Virus record (IMG/VR): IMGVR_UViG_3300026518_000006
Span: 124,001 to 188,000 of that record
Length of the DNA: 64,000 nucleotides
Reading direction: 5' to 3' (one strand)
This document shows, piece after piece, positions 9,659 through 19,100 of the stretch (positions within the stretch are counted from its first letter, which is position 1; every line of letters begins with the position of its first letter). Made by a program: the position numbers and the translations under genes. The notes under the pieces were generated by a model. It was not told the origin of the DNA and ran no database searches. It saw only the letters and a program-made list of their open reading frames with translations.

Positions 9659-9883
9659 TTATATAAAAAATTCTGAGTTTTCTTTTTTAAATTTCTTTAC
9701 AACATAATTGGAATGCTCTACCCAAATATAAATGAAAGGAAATAGTACTATAAAGATAAATACTCGGATTAAACCGTTTTCTAAATACAACTCTTTTGTT
9801 AGTTTTAAATAACTAAAGTCTTTGTTTAATTTTTTTATATCTTTAGCAATTTTAATTTTAGCTTCTATGGGTAAATTATTCAT
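9659..9883 (-). CDS. Hypothetical protein with C-terminal tag SEFFI
   Basis: ORF, terminal motif. Confidence 0.6.
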   Translation of the reverse strand: MNNLPIEAKIKIAKDIKKLNKDFSYLKLTKELYLENGLIRVFIFIVLFPFIYIWVEHSNYVVKKFKKENSEFFI

Positions 9884-9919
9884 TTTTTGTAATCAAAGAA
9901 AATTCTATATTTAAAAATA

Positions 9920-10228
9920 TCATAACTCATCATTTTCGTACATTTCCTGAAGCAACTCTTCATTAAAAGATTGACTCTTTAAAGATGCTGTTATTCGTGC
10001 TGTATCACTTTCCATCAGTGGAGCTTTAAGAAGTTCACCAACAAGCTCTTTGCTCATTGCTATCTTCAGTTTTAAAGCGTCCTCATACCCAATTTTAGAG
10101 AGCCCCTTAATGCGTTTTCCATATAAGTACACCCCTTTTGGCATAATATCTTTATTTCGGAGATACATTTCATTGATATCATCATATGAGCTTCCATCTA
10201 TCGCATAGTATTTTTTTTGAGGTTCCAT
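9920..10228 (-). CDS. Hypothetical protein
   Basis: ORF with RBS and upstream promoter. Confidence 0.6.
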   Translation of the reverse strand: MEPQKKYYAIDGSSYDDINEMYLRNKDIMPKGVYLYGKRIKGLSKIGYEDALKLKIAMSKELVGELLKAPLMESDTARITASLKSQSFNEELLQEMYENDEL

Positions 10229-10253
10229 ATTTTATCCTATTCTAAATTTAAAT

Positions 10254-10276
10254 ATTATATAGAAAATAAACTTAAA
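10254..10276 (-). promoter_or_regulatory. TTTAAG-N11-TATAAT promoter
   Basis: Same architecture at 15815-15836, 39383-39405 and 54212-54234. Confidence 0.6.
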
Positions 10277-10329
10277 TGTAGGTAAATACAGATAAATATA
10301 GTGGTTTTGAATGAGTTTGAGGGGCGGGG

Positions 10330-10812
10330 TTAGGCGATAACCCCGATTCTTTTTGCTTCGAGTTTGATATAACTATTAACCACATAAGGATATTGTTTAT
10401 AACTAAAAGGAGTGTCGTAGTTGTTTTCTCCTATTAGCCACTTGTCAAGTTGTGCTCTCAATGATTTTCTAAATGGATTTTTAAAGGACTTTTGTTTGAG
10501 AAGTTTTACCATTCCTAATCTTAGTGCACCATCTTGAATAGCGGTAATTTTGAAAAATGCTTCTCTTCCGAGGTCTTCGCTTCCGCCAATTTTTAGGTAC
10601 CACTTCCAATTATGAGTATTAGCCAAATACTCTTCGGGGGTCATCCACTCAGGAATTTCAATTTCCTGAACATCATAAAGTGGAGTTGGGCAAGGTCTCC
10701 AATCAGAGCTTGAGAGGATGGTATTTGCTTGAGCATCAAAATCAACATCTTGCCCGTTGTAAACAGCCTCCACACTCACAGGAGAGTAAGAATACTCACC
10801 GTACTGCTTCAT
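10330..10812 (-). CDS. Hypothetical early protein
   Basis: First long ORF after a consensus sigma70 promoter. Confidence 0.65.
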   Translation of the reverse strand: MKQYGEYSYSPVSVEAVYNGQDVDFDAQANTILSSSDWRPCPTPLYDVQEIEIPEWMTPEEYLANTHNWKWYLKIGGSEDLGREAFFKITAIQDGALRLGMVKLLKQKSFKNPFRKSLRAQLDKWLIGENNYDTPFSYKQYPYVVNSYIKLEAKRIGVIA

Positions 10813-10861
10813 AAGAAACTTAACTTTTTCATTTTCAATCCTTTATCTCTTTTTATACCCT

Positions 10862-10890
10862 ATTATACAATAATCTTTAATAGAAGTCAA
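10862..10890 (-). promoter_or_regulatory. Sigma70 early promoter
   Basis: TTGACT-N17-TATAAT. Confidence 0.85.
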
Positions 10891-10943
10891 GGATTTTTGT
10901 GTATTTTTGAGTATTTTTTTGAGGACTTTTTGAGGACTTTTAA

Positions 10944-10980
10944 AGATTTTACTTTTAAAAAGTAAAATCTCTTGAAGAGG
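10944..10980. repeat. Palindromic intergenic element, copy 1 of 5
   Basis: AGATTTTACTTTT/AAAAGTAAAATCT followed by a TNAAGAG tail. Confidence 0.85.
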
Positions 10981-10982
10981 TG

Positions 10983-11309
10983 TTATTTTGAAGCAGGTGT
11001 CACTTTCACTTTCTTTTTAATTTTTACTTCGGTGGATTTTTCATCTTGGGAATTATCCTCACCATCTCCACCCTCCATATCGCCATCGTTTTCAATTCCG
11101 GGGTTATCAAGCTCTTTTGCGGGGGTATTCTTTTTCGGCTCATTAGGTTCTGTATCTTGTTTTTCTATTTCAGAAGCCTTTTTGTCCTTTTGGATTTTTA
11201 GCTTATCACCGTCTTTTCTTTCTTTATCTTCGCGCTCTTTTTCACTGTCGCTTTGCTTGATAGCTTTTGAAAGTTCGCTTTCTTTTAAAATGTCTGAAAG
11301 TGTCATCAT
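10983..11309 (-). CDS. Charged late protein, possible internal head protein
   Basis: Downstream of TATAAATA, N-terminus MMTLSDILKE, low complexity. Confidence 0.5.
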   Translation of the reverse strand: MMTLSDILKESELSKAIKQSDSEKEREDKERKDGDKLKIQKDKKASEIEKQDTEPNEPKKNTPAKELDNPGIENDGDMEGGDGEDNSQDEKSTEVKIKKKVKVTPASK

Positions 11310-11317
11310 ATATTCCT

Positions 11318-11599
11318 TTAAATGGCTACAAAAACTGAGTTGTTTTTGACTTTATTTGTTTTTATGATTTTACTCGCACTAATTGCGTCATCTTTGTTGA
11401 ATAGTATCACTTCCACTCCAAAGTTAGTCGGAATGATGTTCTTTATTTTTATGTTATTGTCTCTTAGGTCTTTCTTGATTTTTTCAAGTTTTGTTTCAGC
11501 TTCATTAAGCTCCGCTAAAATCTCCTGCTCTCTTTCAGAGCTAATTTCAGTTTCGATTGTAAGCTTTTCTGTAGCTTGTTTAAATTCATCTCTAAACAT
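11318..11599 (-). CDS. Late hypothetical protein
   Basis: Directly after TATAAATA at 11624-11631. Confidence 0.55.
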   Translation of the reverse strand: MFRDEFKQATEKLTIETEISSEREQEILAELNEAETKLEKIKKDLRDNNIKIKNIIPTNFGVEVILFNKDDAISASKIIKTNKVKNNSVFVAI

Positions 11600-11623
11600 A
11601 GTTATCCTTTTAATGTATTGTTG

Positions 11624-11631
11624 TATTTATA
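11624..11631 (-). promoter_or_regulatory. T4-type late promoter TATAAATA
   Basis: Consensus sequence in an intergenic gap. Confidence 0.7.
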
Positions 11632-11638
11632 ATGGGTA

Positions 11639-12136
11639 TTATACCAAAAATTCAGGGGCAAATTCTATAATATGAGATTTTAGTTTATCCATAGTTTTCA
11701 TTATCCCTTCGACATCTACACGACTGTTTGCCAAAGAAAATGATTTAAATTTTCCTCTTTTGTGTTTAAAATCAAAATAAATCCTAAAATCAACACTTGT
11801 AAAGTTAATTATATCACAATTTTCTAAAAAAGTAGGTATTTCCTCATTGACACCTTTTATAAAATTATGTATAGGTTTGTCTTTAAACTCAAGCTCATAC
11901 AATTCAAAACTATCAATTTCATCTCTACCACTAAACTTGAGCTCTATCGCATTTATTTTTACGCTTTCATTAGTGATAAATGTCACTATTTCTTTTATTA
12001 CAGGCTGATTTTTAGTCTTTATTATGAGTTTTTCTTTTGGATTTAAAGAGGATATTTCATCATCAATCACATCTTTGACAATATCCTCAATAATAGGTTT
12101 TAATGTTTTATGTAGTATTTGTTTAAATATATTCAT
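11639..12136 (-). CDS. Hypothetical protein with C-terminal tag PEFLV
   Basis: ORF, terminal motif. Confidence 0.6.
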   Translation of the reverse strand: MNIFKQILHKTLKPIIEDIVKDVIDDEISSLNPKEKLIIKTKNQPVIKEIVTFITNESVKINAIELKFSGRDEIDSFELYELEFKDKPIHNFIKGVNEEIPTFLENCDIINFTSVDFRIYFDFKHKRGKFKSFSLANSRVDVEGIMKTMDKLKSHIIEFAPEFLV

Positions 12137-12171
12137 AAGCGTATAATACCATAAAAAGCAAATATTATCCT

Positions 12172-12419
12172 TTAATTTACTTCTATTTCTAATGCTCTAA
12201 ACACTTCATTAAAAGGTATAATATTAAAGATATCAACATCCACCATTGTGAATTCTTTTGTGTCTTTGTTGTACATAAAATTTCGGGTGGTTGCATCTAC
12301 AGGACAAAAACATAAGTCCATTCCATCACGCTGTATTTTTTTCGGAGTTCTTTTGTTTTAATATATTTTTTATTGTTGTGTAAATACACAATAGGAGTTT
12401 TGTTATTTAATAATAACAT
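12172..12419 (-). pseudogene. Frameshifted small ORF
   Basis: Adding one A to the 7-nt run at 12336-12342 gives an 82-aa ORF, MLLLNNKT...EIEVN. Confidence 0.5.
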
Positions 12420-13061
12420 TTATCCCAAACTCCCAAATACACTATCACTATTTGAGATTCCCACAGATTCTTCGTCTTGGGTTCGCTTTGTTTCTTCAAG
12501 ACTATTAAAATATGAGTCTAAATCTTCGAATGTTTCTTGAACTTCTTCACTTTGTTCGGCTTCTTCGTCTACAGTATCTTGTTGGCTAACATAATAATTA
12601 CGCATAGATAATCTATAAACACTTTCTTCATCTTGATATGTGAAGAGATTGTTTATACCTTCTCCTGTAGTGGTTATATCAGCTATTTCCATTATAGCAC
12701 CACTTGGAAATAGCACAAGACTGTTTATAATATCTTTAGCGTGTTTGTCAAAACTCCAATCTTCAAACAACTTATACATAGTTTTTTTAGATATATATAG
12801 GTGCATTGTACGCATATTATTTAACCCAAATAAATCCCAGTTCAGGTCTTCTTCGAAACTAACCATTTCTTCGGGTAAAAGCATAACTTTTTTGGAATCA
12901 CCCTTTTTAAAGTGTGTGAAATCTCTTAAAATTTTGTCTTGATTTTCTTTTGAAGTATATATGTAATCACACTCTACCCCGTATATATTGATTACTTCTT
13001 CTATATGGTTTTGTTTTAAAATATAGTCAGGGTTTTTACTTCTATTGAGGTTGAATGCCAT
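12420..13061 (-). CDS. gp14: Neck protein, T4 gp14-like
   Basis: EEVINIYGVECDYI motif and acidic tail ending VFGSLG. Confidence 0.7.
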   Translation of the reverse strand: MAFNLNRSKNPDYILKQNHIEEVINIYGVECDYIYTSKENQDKILRDFTHFKKGDSKKVMLLPEEMVSFEEDLNWDLFGLNNMRTMHLYISKKTMYKLFEDWSFDKHAKDIINSLVLFPSGAIMEIADITTTGEGINNLFTYQDEESVYRLSMRNYYVSQQDTVDEEAEQSEEVQETFEDLDSYFNSLEETKRTQDEESVGISNSDSVFGSLG

Positions 13062-13069
13062 TATATGTC

Positions 13070-13222
13070 CTATATTTCAGGTGTAATATCTATCTCTTTT
13101 CCTGCACAATTAGTTTTGGATTTGAGCTCTTTACAATTACATTCTGTGTCCATACTAAATTTCGTAGCTGCACATCCCGCAAGTATGCCTAAACAAATTA
13201 AAACAGTTATAAAGAGTTTCAT
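13070..13222 (-). CDS. Small lipoprotein (50 aa), possibly o-spanin-like
   Basis: Hand translation MKLFITVLICLGILAGC..., with lipobox LAGC. Confidence 0.65.
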   Translation of the reverse strand: MKLFITVLICLGILAGCAATKFSMDTECNCKELKSKTNCAGKEIDITPEI

Positions 13223-13276
13223 AATATTTCCTTTAAAGTTTTAGAGTGCCCTCTAAGAGGACACTAAAAACCTTAT

Positions 13277-13804
13277 TTACGAAACTGTAATAGTGAAAGT
13301 AACTGTGTTAGAAACAACACCATCAACAGAAGCGGTAATATCAACTGTACTACCATCGGTAGCGGTTCCCACTGCAATTTCAACAACGCCTTTGCTACTT
13401 GCATCATTCGAAACAGTTGCTTGAGTTGTATCGCTTGAAGTAAATGTTAAAATACTATGGTCGTTAGATACACTACCATCACTATATGTGATAGTTGCGC
13501 TTTCTAGTACTTCGGAATCTTTACTACCATTAATTAAAGTGGGGTCAGCATAACTAATAGTAATGCTCGCTATTGTAACGGGTGTCGGAATGCTATCGAT
13601 GTATTTCTTTGCATAATATGCTTCGTATGGGTCTCCTACGACTTTTCCACTTCCGTCTTTGTATGAACCTCCTGAAGCAATATCATAAGTGGTTCCAATC
13701 GTGTTACCGTCTTTGTCTTTTGCAGGGTATTCTGCAATGATATCTGTTTTATTGTCAGTTGTTTGTAAATCCAATACAGCTTGTGCTTGTTCTTTTGTCA
13801 CCAT
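13277..13804 (-). CDS. Virion decoration-type protein with C-terminal Ig-like (Big_2) domain
   Basis: ATITYSDGS...LTFTSSD...ATVS...ITASVDGV pattern. Confidence 0.65.
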   Translation of the reverse strand: MVTKEQAQAVLDLQTTDNKTDIIAEYPAKDKDGNTIGTTYDIASGGSYKDGSGKVVGDPYEAYYAKKYIDSIPTPVTIASITISYADPTLINGSKDSEVLESATITYSDGSVSNDHSILTFTSSDTTQATVSNDASSKGVVEIAVGTATDGSTVDITASVDGVVSNTVTFTITVS

Positions 13805-13823
13805 TATATATCCTTTACTTTAT

Positions 13824-14387
13824 TTATATTGTCAGGGTAATAGTCACATCTTGTGTTGAGCCATCAGGTACACTATTAAAATCGCTAATAGCTGTTGCGT
13901 CTTGAGTTTGATAAAAAGGTGTATTTCCTGTTGTTGGTGCAAATGTTAGTGGATAATCATTTCCATTAATAGTGATTACTAAATCTCCATCAACTTTACT
14001 ATTTACTCCATCGACATTAAACGATACTCTCAAAAAGGCTCCGACTTGTGCAAGTTGAGAAGATAGTGTAAAGATTTCATATTTACCTATCATTTTTGGA
14101 GCTAAGTCACCATATCCTGAAGCTTGGGATGTTCCCGATTTATATCCTCTTTGTTGTCCTGAGTCAGATGTTCCCATTGTTAATGTTGCGATTAATGAAG
14201 CACTTGCAGTACCTCCGTTTTTCTTCGCAAACATTAACTCATAAGGGTCTCTGTGGTCAATTTGATAAGAAGTTTTGCCCGATACAATTACGCCATTTTC
14301 ATAAAATGGATATTCAGCTTGAATTTCATCTCCTAAGCTAAATCCGTGTAGTTTTGTAACAGCGTTAGTTTGAGATTGAGTAGCCAT
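13824..14387 (-). CDS. Late virion protein sharing its N-terminal domain with 13277-13804
   Basis: Shared AEYP...DPYE..AKK motif, and TATAAATA at 14410-14417. Confidence 0.55.
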   Translation of the reverse strand: MATQSQTNAVTKLHGFSLGDEIQAEYPFYENGVIVSGKTSYQIDHRDPYELMFAKKNGGTASASLIATLTMGTSDSGQQRGYKSGTSQASGYGDLAPKMIGKYEIFTLSSQLAQVGAFLRVSFNVDGVNSKVDGDLVITINGNDYPLTFAPTTGNTPFYQTQDATAISDFNSVPDGSTQDVTITLTI

Positions 14388-14409
14388 TTCTATTCCTTTT
14401 GTTTTTCTT

Positions 14410-14423
14410 TATTTATATAAATA
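14410..14423. promoter_or_regulatory. Back-to-back late promoters
   Basis: TATTTATA (minus strand, 14410-14417) overlaps TATAAATA (plus strand, 14416-14423). Confidence 0.65.
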
Positions 14424-14440
14424 TCAAAAAGGAAATATCT

Positions 14441-14601
14441 ATGAAAAAATCAAAACACTATCTGCTATTATTCTATTAGTTTATACAACAGGATTATTTT
14501 TAATTTCATGATGTGCCCTTATAAAGGTAAAAATAACACAAAAAACTATCACTGATGATACCCATAAGCCTGTGACAAAAACAAAAGTTAAAGTAAAATA
14601 A
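14441..14601 (+). pseudogene. Disrupted small lipoprotein gene
   Basis: RBS plus ATG. Adding one A in the A-run gives MKKIKTLSAIILLVYTTGLFLIS*CALIK..., with TGA at 14509 where a lipobox Gly is expected. Confidence 0.5.
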
Positions 14602-14619
14602 TGGATTTAATAGGGAGAC

Positions 14620-14859
14620 TTAGAATTTATATTTTAATAACACTCTTATATTACTAATCTCAGCCTCTTTTATTACTTTCCGATTAATTTTAATACCATA
14701 TGTTATTTTTAAAGGTATGTTTTCACTTAATATACCGATATTTTTATCATCTATACTTATCTTTGATATATGAGATGTTCGGAATTTTTTTTGAATAATT
14801 TGGGAGTTATATGCCGTCAGTTTAGTGAAGATTAATATCAAATATAAGAATTTTTTCAT
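14620..14859 (-). CDS. Hypothetical protein with signal-like N-terminus
   Basis: 79-aa ORF after TATAAATA at 14881-14888. Confidence 0.4.
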   Translation of the reverse strand: MKKFLYLILIFTKLTAYNSQIIQKKFRTSHISKISIDDKNIGILSENIPLKITYGIKINRKVIKEAEISNIRVLLKYKF

Positions 14860-14907
14860 ACCCTCTTCTCCTTTTGAGGGTATTTATAAAAAGTATATGT
14901 CTTATGT

Positions 14908-15309
14908 TTAGATGGTGCCTAAGATTTCTCTAATTTTTCGAAGCTGTTCTCTCGCTCTTCTAACGGCAAACGGGTCATTCGGGTCTAGTTTGGAGCCTTT
15001 ATGAAATCCGGGAAGAAGTCTAATAGGAACCTCATCGATTGGTATTCCTACTGTTTCAGGATTTTCTGTGATGTTGTGTTTTGAAGCTCTTTGATTTTCT
15101 TCTAAAATTTCTTTATTTTTCTTAACAACTTCCTTAGTTCTAACAGGTTTTTTGGGTTCTTTTACCTCTTCTTTGACCTCTTCTTTGACCTCTTCTTTGA
15201 CCTTTTTAGGTCTCCCTCTACGCTTTGGTTTAGTTTCTGTTTTTTCAGTCGCCTCAATACTCTCTTCAGATTGTATTGAAGACTCTGTTTTTTTGGTTGT
15301 TTCGGACAT
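14908..15309 (-). CDS. Charged low-complexity protein (EEVK repeats)
   Basis: ORF coupled to the Hsp20 gene. Confidence 0.55.
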   Translation of the reverse strand: MSETTKKTESSIQSEESIEATEKTETKPKRRGRPKKVKEEVKEEVKEEVKEPKKPVRTKEVVKKNKEILEENQRASKHNITENPETVGIPIDEVPIRLLPGFHKGSKLDPNDPFAVRRAREQLRKIREILGTI

Positions 15310-15782
15310 TAAAATACCTTTTTGGTTTTATTTATAGGTTCAGCAAGTATAAACGAAATAGTCAAGATTCCATTTTCAAGTGTTACATCTACTTCCCCAT
15401 CATATGCTTCTTTTGGGATTAACACCTTTGTTTCAAATGGTTTTTTTTCAAACTGTTTTATGGCGTATACTTCATTCATATCATTTTGTGGCTGTTCGGG
15501 GGTTCCGACAATATATGTGATATAAGAATTATCCTCAGCTTTTAACTCAACACTAATTTCATCTTTTGTAAAACCTGTTGCTTGAACCTCAATAAACATA
15601 TTTTTTTCGCCAATTTTTGAAACATTTATAGACGGCATATTTTTTCTCCATTTTGTTTTATCTAAAGTTTCATCTATGATTTCATCTAATGATTTGTATC
15701 TTTTTGCAGGCAATCCATCTTGGTCTTCGAATATTTTTATACCCCAAGTGTCGAAGAAATCTTCAATAAACTTATCTCTCAT
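15309..15782 (-). CDS. Small heat-shock (Hsp20/alpha-crystallin) protein
   Basis: SINV...IEVQATGFTKDEISVEL...LENGILTISF. Confidence 0.75.
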   Translation of the reverse strand: MRDKFIEDFFDTWGIKIFEDQDGLPAKRYKSLDEIIDETLDKTKWRKNMPSINVSKIGEKNMFIEVQATGFTKDEISVELKAEDNSYITYIVGTPEQPQNDMNEVYAIKQFEKKPFETKVLIPKEAYDGEVDVTLENGILTISFILAEPINKTKKVF

Positions 15783-15863
15783 ATGCTTTCCTTTTAATAT
15801 TTTTATAATTAAGAATTATAACATTAAAAACTTAAACAAACTTTAAAATATTTAGTAGAGCTA

Positions 15864-17321
15864 TTAATACCAATAAAATACTTTATTGCCACTATCAAAA
15901 ATTTGTCTATACCCATTATCGAACATATTTTGAAGTGCTGTTTTGTTTTCATCGAAATCAAAATCCTTAATATCTTTTAATTTATGCTTTTGAAACTTTT
16001 GTCTGCTATACAAGATATATGAATTGTGTTTAAAGAAAAAGAAATTTTTATCAGAATTATGACTAAAGAAAAACCCAAGAGTCTGATATAAATTTCCATC
16101 TGACCATCTTCGATTAGCATATGAAATTAAACTTCGTCCAATATGTTTTTTAAATCTATTTAATAGCTTGGAGGCACCACCTATAACAACTGTGTTCAAT
16201 TTTGTGCAAAACCTAACCAACTCATAATCTGCTTTTTTGTTAAATCTATTTTTAGAAAAAGTCATCACTGAAACCAACTTATTATTATAGAACAGCCCGT
16301 AATTTATCGAAGAGTGACTTCCGCCTTGCAGGTGATTATCTTCACAAAAATAAAAAGCATCTTTAGAACTAATCTCTTTAATTTCTGTATCTCTTGCATA
16401 TATTCTGTTATCAGTCTTATTTAGTCTATTTTTTATTACACTCTTCCACTTTTCTTTATTAAGAATCCACTCATTTTCAAAAATGTGTAAAAGTTGTATT
16501 CCGTTTTCTTCACAGACATCAGTTTTATGTTTATGTTTATTGGGGTTGAAATGATTTAAATTGTTCGGAAATGTTGACCCTTTTGAATGAAAGGTCAATC
16601 CATCGTATTCGATGGCTAAATTATATTCAGGTATGTATATGTCCAACTCAAAACCCAAGTGCATATCTCTTTCTATAATATTCTCTACCCCTATATCGGA
16701 TAGAAAGGATATAATCTCTTTCTCTGCATTAGATTGTTTATTGGAACATTTTGAACATCCTTGACCATTTAGATGAGCGTTTGGTTCCATTAAAAACTTT
16801 CCGTGAGTTGGACACAATATCTCAATTTTTTCTTTGCTATGTTTATATTCACTCACATATTGGTATTTGTACTGATGTTTTTTATTAAAATCTTCTACTG
16901 CTTGATTGTGGTCTTTTTTTGAATGATTGTTTCTTATAAGGTTGGCACATTTTGGACACCCAGACCCATTTTTATGGTTTTTGGGTGTCGGAAAAAAACT
17001 ACCGTGTATTTTACAAGTTACTTCGACAGGTGTTTTCATATTAATAAAATTTACTTTATCGTATGAGTATTTTTCACCGTGTACTTTTTTAAATTGTTCG
17101 ATTACGGTTTCAGTGGTGTACTTAGAGGATTTGTTGCATTTGCTACAACCTGCTCCTCTCATATGATGGTTTGGAGTCTGAGGAAACTCCCCGTGTATAG
17201 GACATATTATAATCATTGGGGTGCGGGTGTCCACTATACTATCTTCAATATATGTGTATTTATTATTGTGCTTTTCATGACACTTATTTAGTATTTCGGT
17301 TTTTGATAATTTCTTACTCAT
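15864..17321 (-). mobile_element. Hef-like homing endonuclease
   Basis: Three CPxHG..HxxGxGCxKC repeats, ELDIYIP..LAIEYDG..H nuclease motif, and C-terminal ELVRF..GGASKL domain. Confidence 0.8.
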
Positions 17322-17355
17322 TTTATATTATAGCATTATTGATATTAATTCAAAA

Positions 17356-18477
17356 TTAATCAAAAGCACCACTATTAATTTTTCGCATAGCATCAAAAGC
17401 TACATCAGGGTCATATGAACTCATATTTTGAAGCATACGGTCTTTCGTATAATCATCACTGCCATCATCAAACCCACCATCTGTGTCTAATAATGAATAA
17501 TAATCTGCTGTTTTTACACCATCTTCATCTTCTTCAGTATCTAAATCTATATTCTTTCTTAATACATCTAAAAATAAATCAAAATCATCAAACGCTTTTA
17601 TGTGCATAAATGGGGCAAAAATAATAGCTAAACTCATTATCATATCATCGTGATAGCCCTCTTCAGCTTCATATTTTTTCTTCACATTATCGCTTTTAAT
17701 GAAGTTAAAAAATTCGTTGATAGTATCTCTGTCTTGAACTATTAATTTCCCCTCTTCTATAAAAATCTTCAACATATTGATAATAAGAGGTCTTGATTTT
17801 ACAGTAGTTCTAAATCCGTAATATTTTTTATATTTTTTGTCTCCGTCATCTCTATCCCGATACATATTTGGATATTCGTAGTTGAGGTATAAAATATCGG
17901 CTACACTTTGTCCTGCACCTTCATTATTTTCGATAACTAAAAAAGCTTCATTATAATAAAGCCCTAATGTTTCAATATATTCAGGCATAACAAGATAATC
18001 TACATCTAATTTAGCTGAAGCAACCTGTATAAATGGAAATTTTGTAATATCAACCACTTGAATACTAAAACTATCTATCCCTTCTTTTGATGGGTCAATA
18101 CCAATGATGTAATTATGTCCTTTTATAGGTTTTTCATAAATATTAATCCCGCTGAATATGGTATCTTTAGCGACAGGTTCTTGTGGCACCATTAACTTCA
18201 ATCTTTCTGTACTAATCAGTGTTGAGGCAGAGCCAAGAAATTCACACGCCTCTGTTTGTGCGAAGAATTGTGCTCCATTTCTTGCTATTGTTTGTTTCTT
18301 GTACTCTTGAGGGGATAAAGGATTTCCTTTTTTATCAAAATGAGGAACTTCAGTCCAACTCGCTGTTACCAATCGGTGCCCGCTTTTGGACTTAAAAATA
18401 TTATATTTTACTGTATATGTCCCGTCAGGGTTTTTAATTATCTCTTTAATATCATTTATAGATTTTATTTTAAGCAT
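17356..18477 (-). CDS. gp17: Large terminase fragment 4 (nuclease domain)
   Basis: CEFLGSASTLI, IIGIDPS, IENN, HDDMIMSLAI. Confidence 0.92.
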   Translation of the reverse strand: MLKIKSINDIKEIIKNPDGTYTVKYNIFKSKSGHRLVTASWTEVPHFDKKGNPLSPQEYKKQTIARNGAQFFAQTEACEFLGSASTLISTERLKLMVPQEPVAKDTIFSGINIYEKPIKGHNYIIGIDPSKEGIDSFSIQVVDITKFPFIQVASAKLDVDYLVMPEYIETLGLYYNEAFLVIENNEGAGQSVADILYLNYEYPNMYRDRDDGDKKYKKYYGFRTTVKSRPLIINMLKIFIEEGKLIVQDRDTINEFFNFIKSDNVKKKYEAEEGYHDDMIMSLAIIFAPFMHIKAFDDFDLFLDVLRKNIDLDTEEDEDGVKTADYYSLLDTDGGFDDGSDDYTKDRMLQNMSSYDPDVAFDAMRKINSGAFD

Positions 18478-19100
18478 TATTCAACATCCATTATAATAGG
18501 GTGACGCTCTATAGTATGAAATTCTTTATAAATTTCTTCCAACGAAAATTCACCTAAAGCATCAATTTCGATTGTATCATCTTCAGACAACACAACTTCT
18601 TCGTCTTTAAAATTGATATTTTTAGCACCCTCCACTAGTTGAAAAAAGTGGTTCATACCATTAGCTGTAGAAGTGTTTATAACCTGTTTAAATATCAATG
18701 AGTTCATAGTAGGTATTACAGCATCGATAAAGTCATCCCAATCTTTTGATTTTATATAACCCGCTTCGTCAGTGTAGATAATATTGCAATTATGAGACTC
18801 AATCATATTTGTTGTATATGTGTGCCCCCTTACACCCACAACATCATAAAACTCAAAAGCCCCCTCTTTGTGAGTAATATTTTTTATTACACCATTGGAT
18901 ATTTTATCACCAACTTTTAAATTTTTGGCTTGTCTAAAAATTTTTCCTGATTTTGATTTTCCTACTAATAATCTATGGTCTTCGGTACATTTTAAACTAC
19001 TATTGTCAGTTTCAATATAGTAAAGTATTTTTTTATTAATTCGTCTAACTGTTTCAAAATCTTCATACCCTCTCTCAGTTTTTATCATATAATCGTTCAT
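18477..19100 (-). CDS. gp17: Large terminase fragment 3: IntC2 (104 aa, 18789-19100) plus Walker B and coupling motif
   Basis: CTEDH block B, ends ESHN|CNIIYTDEAG, STANGMNHF. Confidence 0.9.
   Translation of the reverse strand: MNDYMIKTERGYEDFETVRRINKKILYYIETDNSSLKCTEDHRLLVGKSKSGKIFRQAKNLKVGDKISNGVIKNITHKEGAFEFYDVVGVRGHTYTTNMIESHNCNIIYTDEAGYIKSKDWDDFIDAVIPTMNSLIFKQVINTSTANGMNHFFQLVEGAKNINFKDEEVVLSEDDTIEIDALGEFSLEEIYKEFHTIERHPIIMDVE

Noticed and set aside
15160-15205. 12-bp repeats encoding EEVK
   Set aside because: Ordinary low-complexity charged linker.
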